Positions 1 to 10,933 of a stretch of 64,000 nt of DNA are shown here, one piece after another (the stretch's first letter is position 1; the number at the start of each line of letters is the position of its first letter). Source of the stretch: Vicugna vicugna (taxonomy: Eukaryota); assembly GCA_013265495.1 (NCBI GenBank), contig MU060796.1:997104-1061103 (forward strand), written 5' to 3'. The notes under the pieces were generated by a model. The model did no database searches. It was not told the DNA's origin and was given only the letters and a program-made list of their open reading frames with translations. Made by a program: the position numbers and the translations under genes.

Positions 1-129
1 CCTCTGAGATGCCTTGGGTGATGATTGAAAGTTGGGGTATCAGCGCCTGGAGCCCAGATAGCTGAGAGGTTAAACAGAGACTCTGAGGCCAGCCTGTATT
101 GCCTTAAGTCCCGTCTCTTCCTTAAGCTG

Positions 130-305
130 GGTGACCCCGGAGCACCTTCCAAACCCTCCGGTGCCTCAGTTTACTCATCTGGAACCTGGGGGCAATTAGG
201 GTTGCTGGCAAGCTTAAATGAGGAAAGGTTTTCTGTGCACTTAATTCAGTGCTTGGCACTTAAAAGAATTCAAGAGATTCTTGCTATTGGTATTGTCATT
301 ATTAA
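130..305 (+). mobile_element. MIR SINE fragment
   Basis: MIR core-like cctcagtttactcatctgg ... cagtgcttggcactt ... gctattggtattgtcattatt; ends approximate. Confidence 0.75.
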
Positions 306-789
306 TTCTAAAAATAGCTTGTGGAACTATCTCATATTCATGCCTGTCTCGTGCACGCTCCAGGCCAACAATGAGGTGAGGTTTTCTTCAGGTCCTGCCT
401 GGCTAGGTTCCTCCTGCAAGGAGACCTATTTTCCAGTGGAAAATATTTTTAAGGAAATTATATTCAACTCAAGTACATTTACATAATAATATGCATATCT
501 AAAACCTGACTAAGCCAGGCTGCCCCTAGCTGTGGGAGCAGAGGAGGCCATATTTAAGAATACAAATTACTTGAGGAATATGTTTCTGCGCCCTGGACTG
601 CTCCCAAGGAACACACGTGGGCTGTGATTAAATGGCAAAACTGGACGATACCAGAGGAATTAAGAAGAAAGAGAACCCAGAACTGCACATAGTGGTCCAA
701 TCTAGAAGATGGAGTTTGGAAAGGATGAGCCTGCGATGGGAGTGGTGGGGATTTCTCAAGGAGAGAGTAGGTCCTGGGAGAATCATCTG

Positions 790-995
790 AATCATTCATT
801 CAGATATTCAACAAACTTTTATCAAACGCCAGGGACAGTTCTAGGTGTTGGAATAACATACTTAACAGGTCAGACCTAGTTTCTGCTTTCATCAGGTTTA
901 CATCCCAGCGGAGAGAACAGACGGGACCAGCAAACCTTTCTTATCTTTATAAGGTCATTTCAGCCAGACATAAATGCAGTGAGGAAAACGAAGCC
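790..995 (-). mobile_element. L2 LINE 3' end fragment
   Basis: cattcattcagatattcaacaaac...ttctaggtgttgg resembles the reverse complement of the L2 3' terminus. Confidence 0.7.
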
Positions 996-1675
996 CACCT
1001 TGCTCCCCTCTCTCAGAGCAATGAGATGCTTCACAGAGAAGCTGCTTGAAGACATCTGAGGACATGGATGCTTCTCTCCTTTTTTCCATTCTGTATGACT
1101 GGAAAAATCATACCCTTGCTGGAGCCTTTTTCTCTTTAGAATGTGAGACCCATCATTCTAAGCCCCCAGCATGGAATTCTCTGAAAGGCAGGTCATCCAA
1201 TAGTTACCTAATCCAGCCCAGTGCAGCAAACACGCAGTATGTCTGTTGCCCAGTTCCCAGGTCCTGAGCCCATGGCAGGCATCACCAATCCATTGCGATA
1301 TTGCCTCAGACACAGTCTAACTCCAGGCAGACCCTATCAATCAATCAGAGTGAGCACTAGTGGCCTAGCCTTTGGCCTCTACACAAGATGAGATTATGGA
1401 CGACTAAGAAGATATGCACTTTCCTTGCTCATTGACACAGTCAGAAGATGTAGTTACTACATTACACAAGACAGGGAGAGACTGCTACATGATTCAGCTA
1501 TTCTTACATACTATCCTTACTATAGTAGCATCTCCCATCCATGGCATCCTGACCCACCAACAGCAGGTCAGGGCTCCCCAGCTGAAGCCCTCAGGGACCT
1601 GCAAAGCTGGACACTATGGCCCGGCCCCTTCCTCAGTACCACACAGAACACCCCTCTCTGAACTTTTATCTCAGA

Positions 1676-1890
1676 GGCAGCATTGGATGGGCTGTGGAGT
1701 TAGATCAACCTGAGATTAAATGCTGACTCCATCCCTTGCCAGCCATGTGATCTTAGTTTCCATAAGTCATTAGTTTCATCGTACGTAAAATGGGGGAAAT
1801 GACAGTATTCAACTCAAATGGTGGGCATTAAGTGAGCCAGTATTTTCAAGGCCTTGTACATAGTTACCTCTCAATAAATGTATTCATTGT
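1676..1890 (+). mobile_element. MIR SINE
   Basis: tagtttcatcgtacgtaaaatgggggaaatgacagt ... ctcaataaatgt. Confidence 0.65.
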
Positions 1891-2277
1891 TTTTCTTATT
1901 ATTGTTGTTATCAGTTAACATGAAAAAAAGAAAGGAAGAAAGAAAGAAAAAAATCTGCAAGAGATCTTCACTGGGACAAAAATGCCTGTTGCCTGCTAAA
2001 TAATGCAGAGTGCTTGCCCTTTCTGACTGCAAAGGTTTAGAAAAAGGTTTATGTGATTTTTGCATTTTTCTCCAACAGGGAGCGAGAGCCAGGAGAGAGG
2101 GTGCCAGCAGGGGGACGTGTCTCTAGCAAAAAAAAAAAAAAAGAAAGAAAAAAATCCGCATTCAATAAATGGGAAAATTATTTAAATAAGCAATCCTGAA
2201 GAAAAAAATATGGAAGCCAATTTTATTCATAAAACAACTGATTTACAGCATTCTAGCTAAGAGCAGCTTTTAACTCA

Positions 2278-2421
2278 NNNNNNNNNNNNNNNNNNNNNNN
2301 NNNNNNNNNNNNNNNNNNNNNNNNNNNNNNNNNNNNNNNNNNNNNNNNNNNNNNNNNNNNNNNNNNNNNNNNNNNNNNNNNNNNNNNNNNNNNNNNNNNN
2401 NNNNNNNNNNNNNNNNNNNNN
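2278..2421. other. N-run, 144 nt (masked or unknown sequence)
   Basis: Direct count; unique AT-rich flanks. Confidence 0.99.
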
Positions 2422-3135
2422 CATAATGAATGAATTTTGCCCCTGGGTTTAGGCTTATATCTTGGCCTGATTTTGCATGGAGAAATTCTGCATTATAATG
2501 AAAGGCAAAATGATCACACATTATAACTGCAAGGTTTTTTTTTTATCACTGCTTAGAAGGATCCTACAACTGCCACCAAAACAGGAAAAAAATATATGTA
2601 TATTCCACATAAACAGGCATATGGTGAGATGTATCATTCTTTGAAAGGTGAGAAACCTTGACAATTATCAGCCCTGAAGAAGTAAATAAGAAATTTTATA
2701 ATAGCCAAGTATCACGAAAATCTACCAAATTTTAGGCGAAGGAAGGGTTGCTTAGATTTCTTTTGTCATCTAAACATTCTTGAGGCTGATCTCCTCAGGC
2801 ATTTCTCAAATGGCACATACAAACTAAATCAAATAAAGACTTGTTCTCATTTTCATGAGCTGTTGAGGACCTTTCAAAATTAAACAGAAGCTCCTTCTTC
2901 ACCTTCACTCTTAACCCCAAACTTCTGGGGTAAAAAGTCAAATTGTATTCAACAAACGTATGTGCGTTCTTCCTTGCACCAAATCCTGTGAAAATACAAA
3001 GACAAATCTGGAAGGACTCCTTACTTTCTGGAGCAGAGGATCATAACATCAAATATGAAAGGGGATCTCAGTGATTAGTTTCCTTTTGTAGAAAAAAAAA
3101 AAAAAAAACCCTGAGGTCTAAAAATGGCAAACTCA

Positions 3136-3211
3136 GGGGGAGGGTATAGCTCAGTGGTAGAGTGCATGCTTAGCATACATGAGATCCTGGGTTCAATCCC
3201 CGGTACCACCA

Positions 3212-3242
<31 letters not shown>

Positions 3243-3309
3243 AAACTTCCTTACCTTCCCCTCAAAAAAAAAGAGTTGTAATAAAAAAAATTTTTTAAAT
3301 AAAAAAATT
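3136..3309 (+). mobile_element. Camelid tRNA-Ala-derived SINE (vic-1 type)
   Basis: Head ggggagggtatagctcagtggtagagtgcatgcttagcat...gggttcaatcccc with A and B boxes, (AAAT)n tail, TSD aaaatggcaaactca (3121-3135) / aaaatggcaaataca (3310-3324). Confidence 0.95.
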
Positions 3310-4327
3310 AAAATGGCAAATACATGAAAAGCTCTATTTCCTTACTTTTAAAGCAGGAAAATTTCTACTATTGCCCTCCACCATCCCCTTCCACCAAGTT
3401 CACCCACCCAACCAATGAAGAGGCGGTGTCCACTGATGACGTCAGCTGTTTCCACATGAAATCTGCACCTCCTCCACGGAGGCAGGGCTAGGGCACCTTG
3501 GGAGCCAAACTGAAGTTACCCTTTACCATCCCCAGCACAGATTCCAATTTGAACAACAAATCAGCTGTCCATCACCCAGGACGTTGCACAAAGCATGATA
3601 TTGGCTTCATTCAACAGCTTCTGTTCTTTCACTGACATTTCTGTCGTGCCGGCTTCTACCTTCAATGATCCCTAAGATGAGGCAAGCACGTTCAGCATCA
3701 TCGAAAGAAAACAAAAGTTTCCAAACATTTGCTGGCTCTGGAATTTATGTGTAAGAACTCATGTTTGAAAGGTTTTACTTTTTATGTTAAATGACGACAC
3801 TATAAATCTCACAAACTGCATAAATCAGACTTGACGCCAGCCCCAGGAGTGAGGCTGGGACCGATTTATGATGAGGCACGAGAGAGGAACAGTGTATTTT
3901 ATTTGTTTTACCACCTGGCATTTACATGCAGAGGAGCCTTGGGGAGCCGGCCTGTATGGACCAGGGAACAGTCCACAAGGTTACAATAAATCCACCTGCG
4001 ACGGGCAACCCACTTTGGGTTAAGAACTTGGACTCAAATAACCACAAAGATATGCTGTCTGATGGAAGATTCTTAATCCTGAGTAGAAATAGTGCTGGAT
4101 TGGGAGCCGAGGGTGACGATTCTCAGGCCTTGGTTAGCTTCAAACACTAATTATTATTGTTCATGGAGAGAGTCTTTTGTAGACTTTTTCCATCTTTGTT
4201 ATTGGGAAATTCAAGATCAATATGTAAGATTTTACGGGATGTTTTATGAATTTTAAAATTATGAAAATTTGCCTTCAAGAGTCCCGAGCTTTAAAGGCAT
4301 CTCAGTGAATCTTGTTCTGGGATAATA

Positions 4328-4680
4328 TTCATTTATTAAACACATATTTAATGAACAGCTACTAAGTGGCAGGTGTATCTTCTTGTGGAGTTGACCATCG
4401 AGAGGAGGAAACAGAAAATAAAAGAATAATACTCAGATGAGAATGACTGCTACAGAGGAAAATAAAAAGTGATGGAAGTGCTTTATTAGACAGGATAGTC
4501 AGGCAACATCTCCTTGGTAAGAGGACACTTCATCAGAGACTGAATAAAGGGAAGGAAAGCACCACTGTGGTAACAGAGGTAAGAACATCCAGCCAGTGCA
4601 AAGGCTGGAGTTGGGAGCAAGGTTGACTTCTTCAAGGAAGCCCAGGGGGACCAGGAGGGCGTGGAATAAGTAAGAGAGAG
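4328..4680 (-). mobile_element. L2 LINE fragment (left part)
   Basis: attcatttattaaacacatatttaatgaacagctactaagtggcagg ... cagtgcaaaggctggag. Confidence 0.7.
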
Positions 4681-4682
4681 TA

Positions 4683-5101
4683 GAGGTTTCCCCACTGTCC
4701 ACAAGGAGAGTGTTCCTGTGAAAACTTTCTCAAGTTGAAATAATGTAAGATGAAGAAGCAATCACATTAGGACACATCTTGCTAAGGGACGCACAACATA
4801 CATCCGGGTCAAGCACAGATGCAACTCAAAGCTCTGGCAACTGGATGCGGAGATGCTGAGTATAGTTCCTGGGGAAGGGGGTTGGCGGTGCTCTAACAGT
4901 TCCTGGAAAACAAAAGCAGAAAGGGATTTTCACTTTTCCAATTTTTTTTTCCATAAAAGTGAAAATTCTCTTCAGATTTTCTTGGCTTATCAAAAACAGG
5001 TATTAACATACCTCTTTCATAAAAGCAAAGTGGCATAAAGCAAATTTTCTAAAAGCTTTACAAAAATCTTTCAAAAAAGCTTAATTGACGGGGGATGCCT
5101 G
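4683..5101. mobile_element. TcMar-Tigger-like non-autonomous DNA transposon inserted in L2
   Basis: Degenerate terminal inverted repeats (gaggtttcccc / gggggatgcctg) flanked by TA at 4681-4682 and 5102-5103; L2 sequence on both sides; subfamily not determined. Confidence 0.55.
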
Positions 5102-5103
5102 TA

Positions 5104-5335
5104 ATACCAGACAAGATGGGAGAGGCCATGGGGGGCCAAACCCATGGGAGAATTTGGGCTTTACCTCTGAGTGAGATGGGAAACTTAAGAAAGTTTGAGC
5201 AGAGGGGTAACATGATGTGACCATTGTCTTCTGAACATATCACTCTCTTGTTGGAGGTCAGACCACTGGGAGGCAAAGACAGAAACCAGGAGACCTGCTG
5301 ACACACTATTGCAGAAGTCCAAGCCACAGGTAACG
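5104..5335 (-). mobile_element. L2 LINE fragment (right part)
   Basis: ctctgagtgagatgggaaac...tttgagcagaggggtaacatgatgtga is typical L2 internal sequence. Confidence 0.7.
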
Positions 5336-5948
5336 TAAAGGGCAACAAATTCCTTTGCTCTACCTTAATCTCAACTTGCACCTCATGCATATTTCTCACT
5401 AACCTTTGGACTCATTCTAAGAAAGACAAAATCACAGTTAGACCCAGAGTTTGAGCGCCTTGGATTGTTTGAAAAATGAGCAGTTTCAGAAAATGAAATA
5501 CTAAGTCCAAGGGACATAAGTCCTTTTCCTTCTGAGACATACTAAGGTTGCTGCTGTTCTGTTCATTGTATGATTTTACTAGGACCAGGATGCATCCTAA
5601 GGTGGTAGCATTCTTCCTGATGATTTACCTACAGCCAATTTATTGCCCAGTAGTTTCAACTCCTGGGAGAAGTCTGCTCTGAACGTGTTTACCAATGTGT
5701 CAAGAAGACAGTACGAGAGACCTCATCGGACTTAATTAAAGCCAAACTAGACTTCATAGAAAGAAGGGAGAGAGTACCAAAGAGAGAGGGAGGAGGGGAG
5801 GGGATGAAGGGTGCCCGGCCACATCCTCTTCCCGCAAATTGGTTTCTAGTCGCGTGAGCGTACTGGGAAGAACACTTAGGAGTGATTACTAAGAGAGGAA
5901 GGTTGTGGGGGGGTGCATCGCCCAGACATTGAAGGATGGGGCCAAATG

Positions 5949-6127
5949 NNNNNNNNNNNNNNNNNNNNNNNNNNNNNNNNNNNNNNNNNNNNNNNNNNNN
6001 NNNNNNNNNNNNNNNNNNNNNNNNNNNNNNNNNNNNNNNNNNNNNNNNNNNNNNNNNNNNNNNNNNNNNNNNNNNNNNNNNNNNNNNNNNNNNNNNNNNN
6101 NNNNNNNNNNNNNNNNNNNNNNNNNNN
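5949..6127. other. N-run, 179 nt
   Basis: Direct count; unique flanks. Confidence 0.99.
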
Positions 6128-6763
6128 TCTCCTCTCGCGGTGGTGGTGGCAGGAACACAGAGGGAGTTTAGTTCTGTGGGGTCACGGGGCAGGCAAGGCA
6201 GGCTTCCAAAGTGGGGTTCAAGGACCCGACACTGGGATGGAGAGATGGCATTTCTTTTGTGATTTTCTTCCAAGGTCTCTTCCATTTGTCCTTCTTGGGG
6301 ATGGTTTTCTTATAATTAGCTACTTTTTTCTAAGGGAACACGAAGGAGGTGGAAAAACTCGGAAATGCGGGGGTCATTGTGGGGTACAATTCCTTGAAGC
6401 AAATGAATGTAATTGGAGGTCTCATTAATTCTGAGGCGATGCCCAGGTGCCCTGTCTGCTCCATCAGGAGGGCGGGAGAACTCTCCAGGAGATGCGAGCA
6501 TGTTTGAAAACAGAGAGGGGCAGGCAGCCCCGGCTTCTCCTGCCAAAGAACCTCCCCAGGCTTGGGGGCGGTGAGGGGCGGGGGGGTGGTCCTGGGGTGA
6601 AGAGATGGTGGGAAACACATCTCTCCCACCTCCTCCCACAGCCACAAAGCACACCAGCGCTGTTGATTTCTGTCCCGCTGGTCTGGGCGTTAGAGCAGCA
6701 GCCCGCCAATGCTTGAAAGAAATGTGCCTTGCAATTTACCATCGCCTCTAAATTCGTATTCAG

Positions 6764-6927
6764 NNNNNNNNNNNNNNNNNNNNNNNNNNNNNNNNNNNNN
6801 NNNNNNNNNNNNNNNNNNNNNNNNNNNNNNNNNNNNNNNNNNNNNNNNNNNNNNNNNNNNNNNNNNNNNNNNNNNNNNNNNNNNNNNNNNNNNNNNNNNN
6901 NNNNNNNNNNNNNNNNNNNNNNNNNNN
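6764..6927. other. N-run, 164 nt
   Basis: Direct count; unique flanks. Confidence 0.99.
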
Positions 6928-7470
6928 AAGGTTGGGCTTATGAGAGCGGGAGAGCGGAGGGAAGGGCCTCCCTCTGGTTAGTAATGAGGTCTTTGATGTT
7001 CGATGCAGTTACTCCCTTTATGCTCATCAAGACAGATATTTAGTCCAAGGGAAAAGGAAAAAAGCGCCAAGTTACTCTCTTAAAAGGCAGCCGTGGACCA
7101 TGTACTAAGCTCCACTACTCTTAAAAGCAAACATTTAATCTGTATTTTAAAGGCCTCTCCCAATGCCATCAACCCCCACCTAATTGATTTTTTGTTCTGA
7201 AAGCTCTTGTTCCTGGTGTTCTTGGCACGACTCGTCCCACATTCTTCTGCCCTGTTCCACGCAGCCACACAGGGCTGGCATTGATCTGGGTTGTGCAGCT
7301 GAAGACTCACCAGTTGTTAGAAATTTAAACACTTCCACGCCAGTAGGTAAATGGTCTTGGTCCAAGTGCCTGTGCCCACTCGGTGCCTGGACACCCTAAC
7401 CCTTCCCCAGTTGTCCTCCGGACACAGCAACTAATGGGTTAATGCCTGGCACTCCAGGGGACATGCAGAA

Positions 7471-7795
7471 TGTTATAGGCGAATTATATCTCCCTCTCCC
7501 CAAATTCATATGTCGATGTTAGGACCATTTAGGGAGGTAATTGTTACAGGGAGCCATAAGGATGGGGTCCTAATCAGATAGGATTGGTGTCCTTATAGGA
7601 AAAAGGAGACCCGAGATTGCTCTCCAGAGATAAGATCGTGGAGAAAAGGTCACATGAGGACACAGTGGGAAGGCAGCATCTACAAACCAGAAACCAGCCC
7701 TGCCGGGACCTTGATCTTGAACTTCCAGCCTGCAGAACTGTGAGAAAATACAGTGACATCTCTCACCCCGACCACCCTGACAGCCTCTTAAAGAC
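7471..7795 (+). mobile_element. MLT1A-like ERVL-MaLR solo LTR
   Basis: tgttatagg...ccccaaattcatatgt ... gtcacatgaggacacag ... gaccttgatcttgaacttccagcctgcagaactgtgagaaaata. Confidence 0.8.
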
Positions 7796-7799
7796 TAGG

Positions 7800-8392
7800 C
7801 TTCCTGCTCCAGACTTTCTCCCTCCCCCACACCCACCTCTCTGCAGTCGACATGACTTTCCAAAACTCCAAGCACATCGCTGCCCTGCTTGAAACTCTTC
7901 AGTGGCACTCCATCAGCCTCGGATGGAATCCAACAGCGCCTGCAGGTCCCGCAGGGTCGAGCTTCAGCCTTCCAGCTTTTGTGTTCGCTTTTCCTTGTGC
8001 CAAAACAGCCCTTCCATGCCCTTCCGCTGGCCAGCGCTCACATAGCCTCCCCGGGGACAACCACTCGCACAAGTCTGTGGGGCTGTCATTCTGAGGCCCT
8101 TGAACTCCTCGTGTGGACTCTCGCCTCCCTGGGATGGCTCCTCTGTTGAGAGGTCCACCTTACGATGGATCTGAAATCACCTCCCCATAAGCTCTCCTCT
8201 CTGGTCCTCCTTCCTTCTTACTCTCCTTGTCCCCCAGCAATCTTTGTAGCCTTTTAGGTTTTCCTTCGTTCCGTGGGGCTGAGACAATATCATCCTTCTT
8301 CACTGCTGAATTTCCAGTGCCTACCACGCCTGGCTCAGTAGGCGCTAAGTAAATCTGTACAGAGTAAATGAAGGAAGATTTGGAATAAGATG
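7800..8392 (+). mobile_element. L2 LINE 3' region
   Basis: ccctgcttgaaactcttcagtggc ... gcctggctcagtaggcgctaagtaaatctg...gtaaatgaa. Confidence 0.7.
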
Positions 8393-9340
8393 CTAGAGCT
8401 AGAAGAAGCCTTCGGAAGGCTCAAGTTCCACTTCCTCATTTTACGGGTGAACAAACCAGGGCTCAGCCAAGGAAAGAGAATGCCTCAACGTCACAGGGCA
8501 AGAGAGTGGCCAGGCCAGGCTAGAATCTATTGATCCGAAAGGACTAGGAGCAAAATGGGAAACTCCAGTCCATCTCCGGATTCTCTGAGTAGGGAGCCGA
8601 TAGGTCCTTTTCCCAAAAGCATCACGGGCATCATGCAACCTTAAGTGAATATCTATGCCTGGTCCACTGCCATTTTTTCTAGGGACTGGGATGCAAGATT
8701 GATGAGATTTAAAATGGTGTCGTATTCTGGGCATTCATAACTTGGACTGGAGTGCAGGAAATCCTGCTCATCTCACAGAGGGAGACAAATGTACTCTGGA
8801 AAATTCCCGGAGGGAAGGAGGGCATCCCGGGGAATCTCCATCTACACAGGCAAGTCTGTTCTAAATCAACCAGAGAAAGGGGTCCAGGGTGGTTCCTTCA
8901 CATTCCAGAAGGTTCCTGAAGCAAGTCAGTCTGGTGGAATGGGTGTTTCAAACGGAAGGCAGGAGAGGGGCAGCTGGAATGGCGGTGGAGGCTTCGGGCT
9001 CTCCCTCGCTGGAGAATGGCTTCATCCCAAAATGTGCCTCCCCTCCCTTACCTTGAAGTTCCACTTCTTCCAACAAAGGCAGAGTGAAGGCTGCCTTCAG
9101 GGACTCAAAGAAAATCTCCCACACGCCAACCAAGAGAGAGGGAGGGAGGGAGACTCTCAGAGATTCAGAGAGAGAAAGCTGGATTCCAAGAGAGAGACGG
9201 ACAAAGAGAGTCTAATTAACCCAAAGCAAAGGAATAGAAAGTGAGACAGATGCTCAATGACTTTCAACATACTAATAAAGAAGGAAAAATTTATTCCAAG
9301 AAAAACTTATAAAAGGGAAAGACAAAAAATACATATTACA

Positions 9341-9462
9341 GGGCGGGGGTGGTATAGCTCAGTGGTAGAGTGCATGCCTAGTATGCACGAGGTCCTGTGT
9401 TCAATCCCCAGTACCTTCATTAAAAAAAGGAAATAAACCTAATTACCTCCCCCTCCAAAAAG
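9341..9462 (+). mobile_element. Camelid tRNA-Ala-derived SINE (vic-1 type)
   Basis: ggtatagctcagtggtagagtgcatgcctagtatgcacgaggtcctgtgttcaatccccagtacc, then aaataaacctaattacctcccc tail. Confidence 0.92.
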
Positions 9463-9504
9463 ATACACATTATTTCCCTCTCTCTCCTTCTTTTCCTTTC
9501 TTTT

Positions 9505-9580
9505 GTTTCAGCTGAGAAGACTGAGGCCCAGAGAGGTGAAGTGACTTGCCCACGGCTGCACAGCAGGGCAGAGGTGCAGA
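9505..9580 (-). mobile_element. MIR fragment
   Basis: gactgaggcccagagaggtgaagtgacttgccca. Confidence 0.6.
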
Positions 9581-10457
9581 TACACCTCTGCTGAAGCCTA
9601 ACGCAGGAGCCCTACACCACACCCACGCCACACGACAGGTCAGACCACAGGCAGCGGAGCCGGCAAGGCAGGGTGAGAGTCGGGATACGGCTGTGGAGTT
9701 GCACTCCTGACGAAACTGATGTGTTTGGTACCTCTCGTGGTACATGCATGTCCTCCGCATCGCCCCTGTGTGTGCTTCAGTGTCCATATTGTCAGTTCTT
9801 ATAATGCAGGAATGATAGCAGTATCAGTTCCACAGTTGTGACTTGAGAATTAATTGTGATGCGGCCAATGCCTGGCATTGAGTAGGAACTCAACAAAATG
9901 TTACCTTTTGAGGCTGCCATCAGCTTTTCCCATTCTTCTTTCATGATTCCTTTCCAAGACCTGCGATCTTGGGAGGCTTTGCAAGAATGCCTTTGATAGC
10001 TACAATGTTGTTAACTCACCTCCCCGGGCTGGCGTGGGGCTCGACTAAGCTGACAGCTGTAAAGCGCCTGCAACAAGGGCTGGTATAAAGCAAGTACCAA
10101 GAGCTGCTTCTTTCGTTACGGAGAGCGATGTATAGGCACATATGTACACCGACTCTTTCATTCAGTAATTCAATAAGCACCTGAATTCAATAAGCACCTA
10201 TATATTTATGAATGACTTTTACCTCCGTCTATAAAGACTCATACTTCTGGGCTTCATTTCCTGCCGTGTTATTTGGGGAGATTCTCCACGTGGATCTTTT
10301 CTGAGGATGGAGGAACAAGCATTCTGGGAAGGTGGCACAAGGAGAGCCATTTTTCCTGGTGTCACAGGGGAGAAACTTCTTAATCCAGACCGCGCTGACT
10401 TCTCCCCTCCCAGATCAGCTCAGACCCCCTCTCCTCGAAGGCAAGGCAAAGGCAGGC

Positions 10458-10653
10458 NNNNNNNNNNNNNNNNNNNNNNNNNNNNNNNNNNNNNNNNNNN
10501 NNNNNNNNNNNNNNNNNNNNNNNNNNNNNNNNNNNNNNNNNNNNNNNNNNNNNNNNNNNNNNNNNNNNNNNNNNNNNNNNNNNNNNNNNNNNNNNNNNNN
10601 NNNNNNNNNNNNNNNNNNNNNNNNNNNNNNNNNNNNNNNNNNNNNNNNNNNNN
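10458..10653. other. N-run, 196 nt
   Basis: Direct count; unique flanks. Confidence 0.99.
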
Positions 10654-10801
10654 AAAGTTTTCGGGCGGGTGATTTAAGGAGGCCGGACCAGCCAGCACCC
10701 TCGACTCCTCAGTTGCTGGGACTTGGACAAAAGAATGAACTCTGAACTTTTCCTTTGACGGATGGAGGTCATTAAAACCATGATGGGGGCTCCTTCAAAG
10801 G

Positions 10802-10933
10802 NNNNNNNNNNNNNNNNNNNNNNNNNNNNNNNNNNNNNNNNNNNNNNNNNNNNNNNNNNNNNNNNNNNNNNNNNNNNNNNNNNNNNNNNNNNNNNNNNNN
10901 NNNNNNNNNNNNNNNNNNNNNNNNNNNNNNNNN
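10802..10933. other. N-run, 132 nt
   Basis: Direct count; unique flanks. Confidence 0.99.

Noticed and set aside
3136-3211. tRNA-Ala(AGC)-like cloverleaf (also at 9341, 17711 and 46144-46220)
   Set aside because: Each is followed by an A-rich SINE tail with the aattacc(t)cccc-type motif (degenerate in this copy), three have TSDs, and stems carry mismatches. These are SINE heads, not tRNA genes.
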